64,000 bases of DNA from Methylacidiphilum caldifontis (GCA_945877805.1 CAMCSM010000001.1:10221-74220), one strand, 5' to 3'. Counted from the stretch's first letter, positions 1 to 10,062 are shown. Made by a program: numbers and translations. Notes: a model not told the origin generated them from the letters alone.

Positions 1-394
<394 letters not shown>

Positions 395-466
395 AAGGCA
401 AAGATTCATCCTCAAACGCAATAGACCAATCGCAGTCCATAGTCCCTCACTCTTGAAATCTTTCGC

Positions 467-509
467 AATATTTTTCGTTCCGACGAAAAATATTCGTCAA
501 AGCCCGAAA
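467..509. repeat. REP-like hairpin repeat, copy in inverted orientation relative to 8223..8264
   Basis: Hairpin aatatttttcgt/tccg/acgaaaaatatt (467-494) followed by cgtcaaagcccgaaa. The reverse complement matches 8223-8264 at 41 of 42 positions. Confidence 0.8.
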
Positions 510-533
510 ACAAAAAAACAAAAGAAACTGTAT

Positions 534-560
534 TTTTAAAATTCATAAATCGGAATTCAA
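534..560. repeat. 27-nt dispersed repeat (reverse complement of 22672..22698)
   Basis: ttttaaaattcataaatcggaattcaa is the exact reverse complement of ttgaattccgatttatgaattttaaaa at 22672-22698. Confidence 0.8.
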
Positions 561-654
561 TGTGATGTAAGGTTGCCGCTTGTTTTTTTAATGCAGACCT
601 CAACATCGCAATGGTTTCCCGAGTATCCTTATTGTCGCTACCGCGACCAAAAAT

Positions 655-740
655 TGGACAGAGAGGGATTCGAACCCTCGGTACTTTTTAGGTACACACG
701 CTTTCCAAGCGAGCTCTTTAAACCACTCAGACATCTGTCC
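655..740 (-). tRNA. tRNA-Ser (anticodon GGA), long variable arm
   Basis: Minus-strand sequence GGACAGATGTCTGAGTGGTTTAAAGAGCTCGCTTGGAAAGCGTGTGTACCTAAAAAGTACCGAGGGTTCGAATCCCTCTCTGTCCA. Acceptor stem is GGACAGA/TCTGTCC, the T arm is GAGGG-TTCGAAT-CCCTC, the anticodon loop TTGGAAA gives GGA, and there is a stem-loop variable arm. One T-T mismatch sits in the anticodon stem. Confidence 0.85.
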
Positions 741-805
741 TGATCCGAAGCTCTCTAACTAAGCACGTTCTTTAAATAAAATCCACTACCGATTTCAATC
801 CCCTC

Positions 806-1561
806 TTATTTCGGTTTCTTAGCGACCACTAATATCGAGACTCCAAAGGGAAATCGGATTAATTTTTGAACCGCCAACGTTACAAATTGCCATTCTAAAA
901 TTCGATTCAACGGCCCGCAAGGAATCTTGTTCTCCGGGCGGTCTAAGGGGTCCTCACCCCCGCCAAAGCAATCCCGCCAACGCCGTAAACAAAAAACGAT
1001 CGGAAAGGCCAAGACGTTGATGTAATTCCAAAACGAGATCTCAAACCCCGCCCCTTTCAAGAGCGGAAGCAGGGAGGAGGCGGTATAGCGTCGAAAATGA
1101 TGGAGGGATCGATCCCAATCGCTCCAAAAAAACTGAAATGCAGGAACGGTAATCAACAAAACTCCCCCGCCTTTAAGACCCCGATACATCGAATCCAGAG
1201 CCACTCGATCCTCTTTCAAATGCTCCAAAACATCAAGCATGGTGATTAAATCGACGCTATTGTCCTGAAAAGGAAAAGCTTCCGCGCTTCCTTCCCGAAA
1301 GTTTTTCTCCCCCAATAAAAGTCGCGCTCGATCAATCGACTCCTGATGGTCATCGACTCCGATCATCGGATATCCTTTTTGAATCATCTGCTCAACAAAA
1401 CAGCCGGTTCCACATCCTAAATCGACGAATATTTTCTCTTTGGCAGAGGGAAACAACTCTCGAATCCATTGAGAGGCAATCTGACGTTTGCCGCGGTAAA
1501 ACCAATGATCCCGCTCCACGCGGGATAAAATCTCATATTCCTCGGGATTCATGACTCTCAA
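806..1561 (-). CDS. class I SAM-dependent methyltransferase
   Basis: 251-aa ORF with SAM-binding motif I (VDLGCGTGCF) and the following acidic loop (IGVDDH). It overlaps the 3' end of the upstream GT2 gene, suggesting an operon. Confidence 0.8.
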   Translation of the reverse strand: MRVMNPEEYEILSRVERDHWFYRGKRQIASQWIRELFPSAKEKIFVDLGCGTGCFVEQMIQKGYPMIGVDDHQESIDRARLLLGEKNFREGSAEAFPFQDNSVDLITMLDVLEHLKEDRVALDSMYRGLKGGGVLLITVPAFQFFWSDWDRSLHHFRRYTASSLLPLLKGAGFEISFWNYINVLAFPIVFCLRRWRDCFGGGEDPLDRPENKIPCGPLNRILEWQFVTLAVQKLIRFPFGVSILVVAKKPK

Positions 1562-2468
1562 TAATATAAGAAGGGCGTTGTTTTACCTCATGATAGACCC
1601 GGGCTAAATATTGGCCCAAAATTCCCGTGGCAATGAGTTGGACCCCTCCCAAACAGAGGACGGCGACCGATACCGTCGTAAACCCAGGAACCTCCAAGGA
1701 CTGAAGTTTGCCGAAAAACTGTAACCCTTTAATACCCAAAAGAAAAGCGGCGTAAAGAAAGCCAAATAATGAGATGATCACCCCCAAATTAGAAATCCAC
1801 TGTATCGGAAGCGTACTAAAGCTCGTGATCCCATCCCAAGCCTGAGTGAATAGCTTGGCATAGGTCTGTTTCACCTCACCGCCGATACGAGCAGAGCGAT
1901 GATACTCAATCGTCGATCTCGAATAGCCGACCCAACTTCTTAATGCTTGAAAAAGGACCGATCTCTCCGGCATTCGCTTCAACTCCTCGACGATCACCCG
2001 ATCAATCAATCCGAAGGTCCCGCTATTTTTAGGCATCACCGCATCAGTTAAATGATAAAAAACTTGATGAAAGGAGCGAAAAAGAAGCCCTCTTAATCCC
2101 CACTCCGCTCTTGAAAGACGAACTGCGACGACCGACTTAAATCCCTTTTTCCATTCCCCAATTAAATCAACGATTTTCTCAGGGGGATCTTGCAAATCGG
2201 CATCTAAAAAAACCACCGCCTTTCCCTTGGCAGCATTCAACCCCGCGCGAAAGGCATTCTGTTGCCCAAAATTACGCGAAAATCGAATCAGCTGCCAATT
2301 TCCCAAACGATCCAGCCACGGTCTTAATTTTTCTACGGTTTGATCTTGGCTCCCATCATCGATAAAGATCCACTCCCAATCGGGCTGAGAAACGTTGACG
2401 AGTCGTTGCGCCATCAAATCGATAATCGCCTCTTCATGATAAAGAGGGATGATAACGCTTATCTGCAT
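1533..2468 (-). CDS. family 2 glycosyltransferase, polyprenol-phosphate (ArnC/GtrB/DPM1-like) type
   Basis: 311 aa with GT2 blocks ISVIIPLYHEE, FIDDGSQDQT and FLDADLQDPPE, plus two C-terminal TM helices. Confidence 0.85.
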   Translation of the reverse strand: MQISVIIPLYHEEAIIDLMAQRLVNVSQPDWEWIFIDDGSQDQTVEKLRPWLDRLGNWQLIRFSRNFGQQNAFRAGLNAAKGKAVVFLDADLQDPPEKIVDLIGEWKKGFKSVVAVRLSRAEWGLRGLLFRSFHQVFYHLTDAVMPKNSGTFGLIDRVIVEELKRMPERSVLFQALRSWVGYSRSTIEYHRSARIGGEVKQTYAKLFTQAWDGITSFSTLPIQWISNLGVIISLFGFLYAAFLLGIKGLQFFGKLQSLEVPGFTTVSVAVLCLGGVQLIATGILGQYLARVYHEVKQRPSYIIESHESRGI

Positions 2469-2510
2469 TCCGTGAGATTAAAGAGAACTCTTTCAAAAAT
2501 CAAAAGAAAA

Positions 2511-3233
2511 CTAAAGCTTTCCAAACTCTTTGATAAATCGCTCGTTAATGATCTTTAACGTCTTTAACCGTGCATACCACTTATGCTCTCCCTCGATCAA
2601 ATGCCAAGGGGCCTTCGAGTTATCGGTTAAATCAAACATCTCATCTGCGGCCTCGATGTATTGACTCCATTTCTCGCGATTCCGCCAATCTTCATCGGTC
2701 ATTTTCCAACGTTTATAAGGATCTCCCTCACGTTTTTTAAATCGGCTCAGTTGCTCCGTCTTACTGATATGAACGTAGAACTTCATCAACATCGTTCCAC
2801 TATCGGTCAACGTTCGCTCAAACTCGTTAATCTCCTGAAAGGCACGTCCCCACTCCTCTTTTGTCGCAAACTTTTCAATTCGCTCGACCAAAATTCTTCC
2901 GTACCAAGAGCGATCAAAAATCGCGATCTCTCCCAAAGGGGGCAGCTTGTTCCAAAATCGCCACATATAATGATGCTTATATTCTTCGGAGGTCGGCTTA
3001 ACAACCGAGTAGACCTTCACAAATCGTGGATCTAATTTCTCGGTCACCCGCTTGATCACTCCCCCTTTTCCTGCGGCATCAGGCCCCTCAAAAACAAGGA
3101 TCACATTCCGCTGCTTTTCAATTAAAACGCGCTGGTAAAGGAGGAAGTTAAGCTGTAACTCCTCGAGCTTTTTTTCGTACTCTTTTTTACTTTCAATTTC
3201 TTTATCGAGATTGAGCTGATCGAGTTTTCCCAT
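2511..3233 (-). CDS. polyphosphate kinase 2 (PPK2) family protein
   Basis: 240 aa with a P-loop (FEGPDAAGKGG) and the WRFWNKLPPLGEIAIFDRSWY block typical of PPK2. Confidence 0.85.
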   Translation of the reverse strand: MGKLDQLNLDKEIESKKEYEKKLEELQLNFLLYQRVLIEKQRNVILVFEGPDAAGKGGVIKRVTEKLDPRFVKVYSVVKPTSEEYKHHYMWRFWNKLPPLGEIAIFDRSWYGRILVERIEKFATKEEWGRAFQEINEFERTLTDSGTMLMKFYVHISKTEQLSRFKKREGDPYKRWKMTDEDWRNREKWSQYIEAADEMFDLTDNSKAPWHLIEGEHKWYARLKTLKIINERFIKEFGKL

Positions 3234-3272
3234 AGAGCGTGGATTAAACCCGTCTGTTGCAACGTGGCAACC

Positions 3273-4166
3273 TCAAAAAACCTGCGGCTGGCCCTCAATC
3301 AAAAATCGAATCTGGTTCATCACCCCCAGCTCCACTGCCGCGCTTAAAAGTCGCTGCTCGGGCTCATGCATCGGCTCGTAACTCATCCGATAAGAGCCGT
3401 AATGCATCGGAATAAAGGTCTTGGCTCCTAAAATTTTGAAGACCTCCAAGGCCTGCTCCGGATTCATATGATGATCGCGCCCGGAAGGGGGATCGTAGGC
3501 TCCGATCGGTAAGAGGGCGATTTCTGGCTTCAGTTTTTTTCCGATCTCTTGAAATCCATCAAACATCGCCGAATCTCCACAATGATAAATCACTCGGTCT
3601 AAATACTCGATCGCAAACCCTCCATAGCCGCGAAACCGATCGGTGATCACCCGAGCCCCCCAATGCTTAGCCGGAGTAAACGTAATCTTTAAATCTTTAT
3701 AGGTCAGGCTCTCCCACCACTGCATCTCATGAACTCGCTCAAACCCCAAATCATGAACTAAATTGCCGACCCCTTGCGGAACAATGATCGGCTGTCTTGC
3801 CGCAATTTTTTTCAGTGATCGGCGGCTCAAATGATCAAAATGGGCGTGCGTGACCAAAACTAAATCGATGTTCGGCAAATCCTCAATCGCCATCCCCGCC
3901 TCCCGCAGTCGCTTGACCACAAAAACCCAATTATTCCAATTGGGATCAATAATCAAATGATGATGCGCTGTTTGAATTAAAAAAGAGGCGTGCCCAATCC
4001 ACGTAATTGAAATTTGATTTCCTGTAAGCTTCGGGAAAATAGGCCGTTGCTTTTGCCCCCCTCGCTTGATAAAAAAAGAGGGGAGTAATACTTCGGTAAT
4101 AAAGTTTCTTTTACTCCGAGAAGGTGACGAAGAGGACTTCACCTCCCCTTTCTGGCCTTTTTCCAT
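3273..4166 (-). CDS. MBL-fold metallo-hydrolase
   Basis: 297 aa with the HxHxDH motif (VTHAHFDHL) and later His/Asp ligands (HCGDS, PMHYG). Confidence 0.8.
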   Translation of the reverse strand: MEKGQKGEVKSSSSPSRSKRNFITEVLLPSFFIKRGGQKQRPIFPKLTGNQISITWIGHASFLIQTAHHHLIIDPNWNNWVFVVKRLREAGMAIEDLPNIDLVLVTHAHFDHLSRRSLKKIAARQPIIVPQGVGNLVHDLGFERVHEMQWWESLTYKDLKITFTPAKHWGARVITDRFRGYGGFAIEYLDRVIYHCGDSAMFDGFQEIGKKLKPEIALLPIGAYDPPSGRDHHMNPEQALEVFKILGAKTFIPMHYGSYRMSYEPMHEPEQRLLSAAVELGVMNQIRFLIEGQPQVF

Positions 4167-4231
4167 AAAAATAACATCATAAAATGAAACCTCCTCTTGT
4201 TGTTCTTCATTTACCCCGTTAAACTTTCCTC

Positions 4232-4930
4232 ATGAATCCGACCCGCATTTTCCTGATTCGACACGGTGCCACAACCCTCACCGCTGAAGATCGCTTTGCG
4301 GGAGCCACCAACGTCCCTCTCTCAGATGAAGGAAGAGCTCAAGTTCAACGGCTCTCCGAACGACTCAGCCGTGAAAAAATCGCCGCCATCTGGGCCTCCC
4401 CTCTCTCCAGAACCGTAGAAACAGCTCAAATTCTAGCCAAGCCACATGCTCTCGAAGTGAACCCCTGTGCCGATCTTCGAGAAATTTCCCATGGACATTG
4501 GGAGCAACTGACGCGCAAAGAGGTTGAAACCCAATTTCCTGAAGAGGCAAAGGCTTGGGATGAAGATCCTTATACCTTCGCCCCCATCGAGGGCGAAAGC
4601 GGTCTCGCGGTCACGGCACGAGCTCTCCCGGCTCTGCTCTCCATCGTCAAAAAACATCCCGGAGAAAACGTCCTCGTTGTCTCTCATAAAGCGACGATCC
4701 GACTCCTGCTCAGCTCGTTGCTCGGATTCGATCCCCGACGTTATCGCGATACTCTCGATCAAAGTCCTGCGGCTCTCAATATTATCGATTTCAAAAATTC
4801 CACCTGCGCTCGGCTCACTTTATTCAACGACACCTCTCACTACTCCGAAACAGGCCTTGCGATTCCCGCCCCGCCCACGGGACGACTTTCAAAATACTGG
4901 GACACTGGCTCTTCTGCCGCGAAGTCCTAA
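4232..4930 (+). CDS. histidine phosphatase family protein (phosphoglycerate mutase-like)
   Basis: 232 aa with the N-terminal RHG catalytic motif (IFLIRHGATT) and a second His block (VVSHKATIR). Confidence 0.85.
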   Translation: MNPTRIFLIRHGATTLTAEDRFAGATNVPLSDEGRAQVQRLSERLSREKIAAIWASPLSRTVETAQILAKPHALEVNPCADLREISHGHWEQLTRKEVETQFPEEAKAWDEDPYTFAPIEGESGLAVTARALPALLSIVKKHPGENVLVVSHKATIRLLLSSLLGFDPRRYRDTLDQSPAALNIIDFKNSTCARLTLFNDTSHYSETGLAIPAPPTGRLSKYWDTGSSAAKS

Positions 4931-4980
4931 CCCCGAGTTCTTCTTGCCCTTTTGATTTAATATTCTAAAGCTCTCTCTCT

Positions 4981-5646
4981 ATGACGACTCACACTTTTGA
5001 TTCTCGAGAGAGTTGGCTGGAATCCCTTCTCGAACGCTTTGAACTTCTTTTCAACCAAGCCCTCCTCAAACGAGGATCCTTTCATGTCGCTCTTTCTGGA
5101 GGAAGCACCCCAAAAGAGCTTTACGGCGCCCTCAACGCACGAGGGCTTGATTGGAGTAAAATCATCTGGTGGCTCGGCGATGAGCGTTGGGTCAAACCGG
5201 AACATGACGACAGTAATGAAAAAATGATTCGCTCCTCGCTTGGCCTCGGGATCTCCCCCTTTCTCTTTCAAAGCTGGCACACCGCCGAAGACCCTTCCGA
5301 AGCCGCAGCCCTCTACGAAACAGAACTCATCAAACAACTTGGACCGCAACCGGAGATCGATCTTGTTCTCCTCGGCATTGGCACCGACGGCCATACCGCC
5401 TCTCTCTTTCCAGGAACCGAGGCCCTCAAGGAAAAGAACCGATACGCGGTATCCAATCTCGTTCCCCAACTCAACACCACCCGTGTCACGTTGACTTATC
5501 CCGCACTTAATATCGCCCATGAAACTTGGTTCCTCGTGAAAGGAGCCGATAAAGCCGTCATGGTCGATCGACTTCTTCAGAGAGATCAAACCATCCCCTC
5601 CGCCTGCATCAAAGCAAAGAATCAGCAGCTCTTTTGGTGGAAATAG
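4981..5646 (+). CDS. pgl: 6-phosphogluconolactonase
   Basis: 221 aa with the ALSGGSTP, GDERWV and LLGIGTDGHTASLFP motifs. Confidence 0.9.
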   Translation: MTTHTFDSRESWLESLLERFELLFNQALLKRGSFHVALSGGSTPKELYGALNARGLDWSKIIWWLGDERWVKPEHDDSNEKMIRSSLGLGISPFLFQSWHTAEDPSEAAALYETELIKQLGPQPEIDLVLLGIGTDGHTASLFPGTEALKEKNRYAVSNLVPQLNTTRVTLTYPALNIAHETWFLVKGADKAVMVDRLLQRDQTIPSACIKAKNQQLFWWK

Positions 5647-5652
5647 AAATAA

Positions 5653-5891
5653 GGTTCCTTCCTGTTTTCCCCATTAAAACTGTATTTTTCATAACGACCT
5701 TATTACAAGATATTTATCCCATTTCTTGCATTAGAACTGGAGGGGCAGTGGCCCACTGCCTTCCCCGTCCGATGAGGCACAGAGCCTGTGCCCCTCCAGT
5801 TTTTATCACCATTTTGGTGATATCGTTTACGAGGTATATCCATTCCCAATGCAAGAAATGGGTTGAATTCCACTTAAAATGGGAAGGAACC
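5653..5891. repeat. nested palindromic element between convergent genes
   Basis: Perfect inverted pairs: ggttccttcc 5653-5662 with 5882-5891 (10 bp); cccatttcttgcatt 5718-5732 with 5848-5862 (15 bp); aactggaggggca 5735-5747 with 5789-5801 (13 bp). Inner hairpins are ggcagtg/cactgcc and atcacca/tggtgat. Confidence 0.75.
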
Positions 5892-5919
5892 GATTTTAAA
5901 TCCAAGAGTTCGCTCTCGA

Positions 5920-7461
5920 TTATCCTAAATGCAATTTCTTTTCGAGGGCTCGGTACTTGAGATCATCCTCAGGTCGATAGGTAAGCATCGATACCACAAT
6001 CCCAACGACAAAAGAAAGAGGGACGCTGACAAGGGCTGGATTTTTCCAAGGGAAAAAAGCGGAGGAGTGCTTCAAAATATCGATTTGAACGGTCGGTGAA
6101 AACCAAATCAATATCAGCGTCGTCACAGTTCCCACGATCATACTCGAGACCGCCCCTGCAGTGGTAAATCGACGCATAAAGATCGCCATCACGAGAACGG
6201 GGAAATTTCCACTGGCCGCGATCGCAAAGGCTAATCCGACCATGAAAGCAACATTTTGGCCTTGAAAAGAGATTCCCAAGATCATTGCTAAAACGCCTAA
6301 CCCCAAAGTCGCGACGCGCGCCACTTTCATTTGCTCTTTTTCATCAACCTTTCCCGCGCGGAGAACATGAACCCATAAATCGTGGGAGACAGCTGCCGCA
6401 CCGGATAAAGTCAATCCGGCCACAACCGCTAATATCGTCGCAAAGGCAACCGCTGAAATAAATCCCATCAACGGAGAGCCGCCCAAGGCATAAGAAAGAG
6501 CAATCGCCGCCATGTTACCCCCTTTATCGATTTGGAGAATTGCCTCCCGACCGACCACGACACAGGCTCCAAAGCCTAACACAAAGGTGACGAGATAAAA
6601 CCAACCGATGAGACCAGTGGCGTAAAAAACGGAAAGACGTGCGCACTTGGAACTTTTCACCGTATAAAAACGCATCAAAATATGAGGAAGTCCAGCCGTC
6701 CCAAAAATCAGCGCCATCCCGAGTGAAATCAGATCAAACGGTTTTGAAATAAGTTTGGCTCCGATTAATGGATTCGGATCGGGATATTTTTCGACCGCCT
6801 GAGCAAAGAGCGTAAATGGGGAGCCTCCCACCTTCCATAAAACGAGGGCGGCTAAAAAAGTGGCCCCTGCTAACAGTAAAACCGCCTTGATGATTTGAAC
6901 CCAAGTAGTCGCAATCATCCCACCAAAAAGAACGTAAAGAATCATCACCACGCCAACAATAAAGACCGCGGTTTGATAAGGAATTCCAAACATGAGTTGA
7001 ATCAAGCTTCCGGCTCCGACCATTTGAGCGATCAGATAAAAAGCAACGACACAGAGACCACTGAAGGCCGCCGAGACTCGAATCGGCACAGGGCTAAAAC
7101 GAACCGCAACAACGTCGGCAAATGTAAATTTTCCGAGATTTCGCAGAGGCTCGGCTAAGAAAAAAAGGACCACCGGCCAGCCGACTAAAAATCCGATCGA
7201 ATAGATTAGCCCATCAAATCCGGAAAGGGCGACCATCCCCGCGATCCCCAAAAAACTGGCCGCACTCATGTAATCTCCGGCTAAAGCAAAGCCGTTCTGC
7301 CAAGCAGAGATATTTCCTCCTGCAGTAAAAAACTCTGAGGCGGTCTTCGTTTTTCGTGCTGCAAAATAAGTCACCCCCATGGTCGCTGCGATAAACACTG
7401 CAAAAAAAGCAACGGCGACGGGGTTAATTTTTCCGAGAATATCAATAAACTGGTGTTCCAT
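5920..7461 (-). CDS. actP: sodium:solute symporter family transporter, cation/acetate symporter-like
   Basis: 513 aa, polytopic, with the SSS N-terminal block FFTAGGNISAWQNGFALAGDYMSAASFLG. It is preceded by a DUF485-type gene, the conserved yjcH-actP arrangement. Confidence 0.75.
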   Translation of the reverse strand: MEHQFIDILGKINPVAVAFFAVFIAATMGVTYFAARKTKTASEFFTAGGNISAWQNGFALAGDYMSAASFLGIAGMVALSGFDGLIYSIGFLVGWPVVLFFLAEPLRNLGKFTFADVVAVRFSPVPIRVSAAFSGLCVVAFYLIAQMVGAGSLIQLMFGIPYQTAVFIVGVVMILYVLFGGMIATTWVQIIKAVLLLAGATFLAALVLWKVGGSPFTLFAQAVEKYPDPNPLIGAKLISKPFDLISLGMALIFGTAGLPHILMRFYTVKSSKCARLSVFYATGLIGWFYLVTFVLGFGACVVVGREAILQIDKGGNMAAIALSYALGGSPLMGFISAVAFATILAVVAGLTLSGAAAVSHDLWVHVLRAGKVDEKEQMKVARVATLGLGVLAMILGISFQGQNVAFMVGLAFAIAASGNFPVLVMAIFMRRFTTAGAVSSMIVGTVTTLILIWFSPTVQIDILKHSSAFFPWKNPALVSVPLSFVVGIVVSMLTYRPEDDLKYRALEKKLHLG

Positions 7462-7464
7462 AAA

Positions 7465-7764
7465 CTACTCCTGATCTTTTTTCCGAAAAGCCGCAACGGC
7501 CGGATCATAATGGGCATTGGCCCACCAAACATAAATGCCGGTCGAAATCCATGCTAAGAAAATCATTCCCATTCCCAATGCGATACTTAAACTACAGCCA
7601 GGAAAAAGGATCGTCGCCATCCACTCCTTTTGAAACCCCAGAAGCAAAAGAAATCCGAAATAGGAGAATAAAATAAGCCCTGTCAAAAGACAGGAGATCC
7701 TCCAGCGCTGCTGCGAAAGTTTTTCAACCATGAGGAACCCTATGAAGAGAATCGAAAAATACAA
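7465..7764 (-). CDS. DUF485 (YjcH-like) small membrane protein
   Basis: 99 aa with two TM helices, ending 3 nt before the symporter start. The start may be the internal MVEKL. Confidence 0.65.
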   Translation of the reverse strand: MYFSILFIGFLMVEKLSQQRWRISCLLTGLILFSYFGFLLLLGFQKEWMATILFPGCSLSIALGMGMIFLAWISTGIYVWWANAHYDPAVAAFRKKDQE

Positions 7765-7838
7765 ACCTTAAAATTTTGATAACTCAATCGATCCTATTTT
7801 CAGATTGTTTCCTTGCCTGATTCCGACATGCTCCGTAA

Positions 7839-8222
7839 ATGATTTCAAAAGGTTATGTCGGACTTTTCTCAAAATCGATCGATCGAAATGTGATGCACAA
7901 GATCATCGAATGTTGGCTGGAGCGATTTGAAAAACTGGAACAACTTGTTCCGGGGGATGCCCAGGGAACCTCAGCTCTCTCGATTAAATCAACGACGGAT
8001 ATGATGTGGCATAAGAATATGGAGTTCAGGGCGATTCAAGGGGAGGAGTTTACCTGGATTTATGTCCAAGCCGATTCAAAGGTCATGGAGACAAGTGGAT
8101 TTCCCTCCGAGCAACTCTCTCTCAGTGTTGATGTCTTTGTTGATCTTCCAGGGATCATCGAAATCATCGATGATGAGGATGAAAAGCGTCTCAACGAGCT
8201 TGAGAAACAGGGAATTCTTTAG
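7839..8222 (+). CDS. hypothetical acidic protein
   Basis: 127-aa ORF with no recognisable motif. The start is uncertain (an alternative is MHKIIECW at about 7893). Confidence 0.4.
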   Translation: MISKGYVGLFSKSIDRNVMHKIIECWLERFEKLEQLVPGDAQGTSALSIKSTTDMMWHKNMEFRAIQGEEFTWIYVQADSKVMETSGFPSEQLSLSVDVFVDLPGIIEIIDDEDEKRLNELEKQGIL

Positions 8223-8264
8223 TTTCGGGCTTTGCCGAATATTTTTCGTCGGAACGAAAAATAT
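8223..8264. repeat. REP-like hairpin repeat (partner of 467..509)
   Basis: tttcgggctttgccgaatatttttcgtcggaacgaaaaatat begins immediately after the stop of the 127-aa ORF. The hairpin is gaatatttttcgt/cgga/acgaaaaatat, with no T-run after it. Confidence 0.8.
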
Positions 8265-8333
8265 GAACCTTCGGACAAAGGAGGGTTAATTCCATTTGTC
8301 ACATTCTGGTTAGGTGCTTAAATAAGGTGGATC

Positions 8334-9230
8334 ATGAGTGATTCAGCCCAACTTTCGATTTTTCTGATTACCGGTTTCTTAGGATCGGGGAAAACGACCC
8401 TTTTGAATCGGATTGTTTCCTCTCCTGAATTTAAAGCGAAGCATTCCGCACTTCTTATCAATGATGCGGGGCCGGTGAATATCGATGCCAAAATCTTTCG
8501 AGGAAAAGCGAAAGAGGTGAGGGCGGTCACGGGGGGATGTGTTTGCTGTGTCAATCCTGAGGAGATGAAAAGTACGCTGCTAGAGTTTTCTGCCAATCCG
8601 GAAATCCAGGAGGTTTGGATTGAGGCCTCGGGGATTGCGGAGACGGATGACATTTTAGATCGGCTGATGGATTATCCCCTTCCCCAGAAAACAGTCATCA
8701 AGGAGATCATCCATGTTCTTGATGCCGAAAGTTTTTCTGGATGGTTTAGCAATGGGGTCGGTCAAAAACAACAGATTGCACTGGCGAATCGAGTTTTGGT
8801 GAACAAAGTTGATCGGATTAAACCTGCGGCTCTTGAAAAAATGATTCAGGAGATACAGGCGTGGAATCCTCGCGCCTTGGTTCAACCGACCGTCCGTTGT
8901 GATGCCGATTTTTCGATCGCCCCCTCTTCGCCGCCGGTTGGATCGTCGTATCAGGAGAAAAAATGGAGTAGCCATGCGGTATGGAAAACCGTCTGGATTC
9001 CCCAGCCGGAACCACAATCGTTGAAATCTGTTGAACAATTTCTTCAGCAACTACCGAATGAAGTCTATCGCGCGAAAGGGTTTATCCGCAGCAACGAGAA
9101 AGGGAGTCCGACCTATTTTATTCAAAAGGTGGGGATCCATGCAGAGGTGATTTCTTGGAAATATGAAGGGGAAGTGAAGGAGTATGGTCTCGTCCTCCTC
9201 GGTCGCGGCGAAAAGATGAAGCTGGTATAA
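8334..9230 (+). CDS. COG0523-family (CobW/YjiA/ZigA-like) metallochaperone GTPase
   Basis: 298 aa with Walker A (GFLGSGKTTLLN), the CxCC metal motif (GGCVCC) and a C-terminal CobW_C-like region. Confidence 0.85.
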   Translation: MSDSAQLSIFLITGFLGSGKTTLLNRIVSSPEFKAKHSALLINDAGPVNIDAKIFRGKAKEVRAVTGGCVCCVNPEEMKSTLLEFSANPEIQEVWIEASGIAETDDILDRLMDYPLPQKTVIKEIIHVLDAESFSGWFSNGVGQKQQIALANRVLVNKVDRIKPAALEKMIQEIQAWNPRALVQPTVRCDADFSIAPSSPPVGSSYQEKKWSSHAVWKTVWIPQPEPQSLKSVEQFLQQLPNEVYRAKGFIRSNEKGSPTYFIQKVGIHAEVISWKYEGEVKEYGLVLLGRGEKMKLV

Positions 9231-9270
9231 TCTTAAAAACTCTGTGTCTCCGTGGTGAAGACTGTATTTT

Positions 9271-9390
9271 CGGTTCTGTTGCAAAAACCTGCAAATGACC
9301 ACAATTCCAATTTCTGGCTTATGTAAGTCCTTGATGATAAAGAATCGAAATTTGTAAATATGGAGGAAATATGATTTTTGCAACAGAACC
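9271..9390. repeat. 120-bp element bounded by a perfect 16-bp inverted repeat
   Basis: ggttctgttgcaaaaa (9271-9286) and tttttgcaacagaacc (9375-9390) lie in the intergenic region next to the hipA remnant. Confidence 0.7.
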
Positions 9391-9476
9391 TATATTTACC
9401 TCATGCCCTGGGATGAGCGCCATCGTAGACCTTCCTCATTGTTTGCGGGCTCACTTTTATGTAAACCTCCAAGCCC

Positions 9477-10062
9477 CTACTGTTTCTTTAAAATTGCACC
9501 TGCGCTCATTTCTTCAACTCTTTGAACGATAGCACTTTTTAGCAGCTCAATCTCATTATTCTCCTCTGGTTTTAGTGGTCCTAATAATGAATGAGCTTCA
9601 TCCACTTTTTTCTTTATATCGCCACTGACAGAAAGGTACCAGTTGCTAATTTCTTCATTTATCAGAGAACGGTTTTTCGTGCATGAGAGTATATCATTAA
9701 GCCCTAAGTCGAAGAGTGACAGATTTCTGTTTGCAATTGGCACTCCTAACTTTACGAGTGCCTTGTTCTGAGGAAAACTATTTAAAATGCCATGATATGA
9801 CACTAGGTCATAGAGGGGCGCCAGTGCAAATCCATGCCTTCCTCTAAGAATGCTAAAGTTTTTTGCGTGTGCGTCTCCACCCGCAATAATGATATTAAAA
9901 AGTTGGGCTTTCAAAAATTTGACCCCGTCTTTCTTATGATTAGAATTTGCCAAAAGCTTCAATGCCGCCACCAATGAAATCCAAGGCAGATTCGTGAGCA
10001 CTGTCCACAAAAGTAGAAATTTGGCCTCCTGCCAAATTCCTACTTTTGGGACACGCTCTAGG
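9477..10062 (-). pseudogene. 5'-truncated HipA-family kinase toxin remnant (C-terminal domain only)
   Basis: The catalytic-loop block IIAGGDAHAKNFSIL resembles the HipA GATDGHAKNFS motif. Only about 60 usable residues lie upstream of it, against roughly 300 in full-length HipA. The 5' part of the listed ORF overlaps the preceding gene in another frame. The segment is AT-rich and has no hipB. Confidence 0.6.

Noticed and set aside
412-606. 64-aa minus-strand ORF
   Set aside because: It spans the REP-like hairpin, the 27-mer repeat and A-rich spacer DNA between tRNA-Ser and proS. The sequence is low-complexity and has no ribosome-binding context.
4957-5589. 210-aa minus-strand ORF, with several other frames over 4.3-5.6 kb
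   Set aside because: It is antisense to or overlaps pgl and the histidine phosphatase, both of which carry unmistakable family motifs. This is a typical shadow ORF.
8265-8333. A Zur box upstream of the COG0523 GTPase
   Set aside because: COG0523 genes are often Zur-regulated, but I see no AT-rich palindrome of the expected type in this 70-nt leader.
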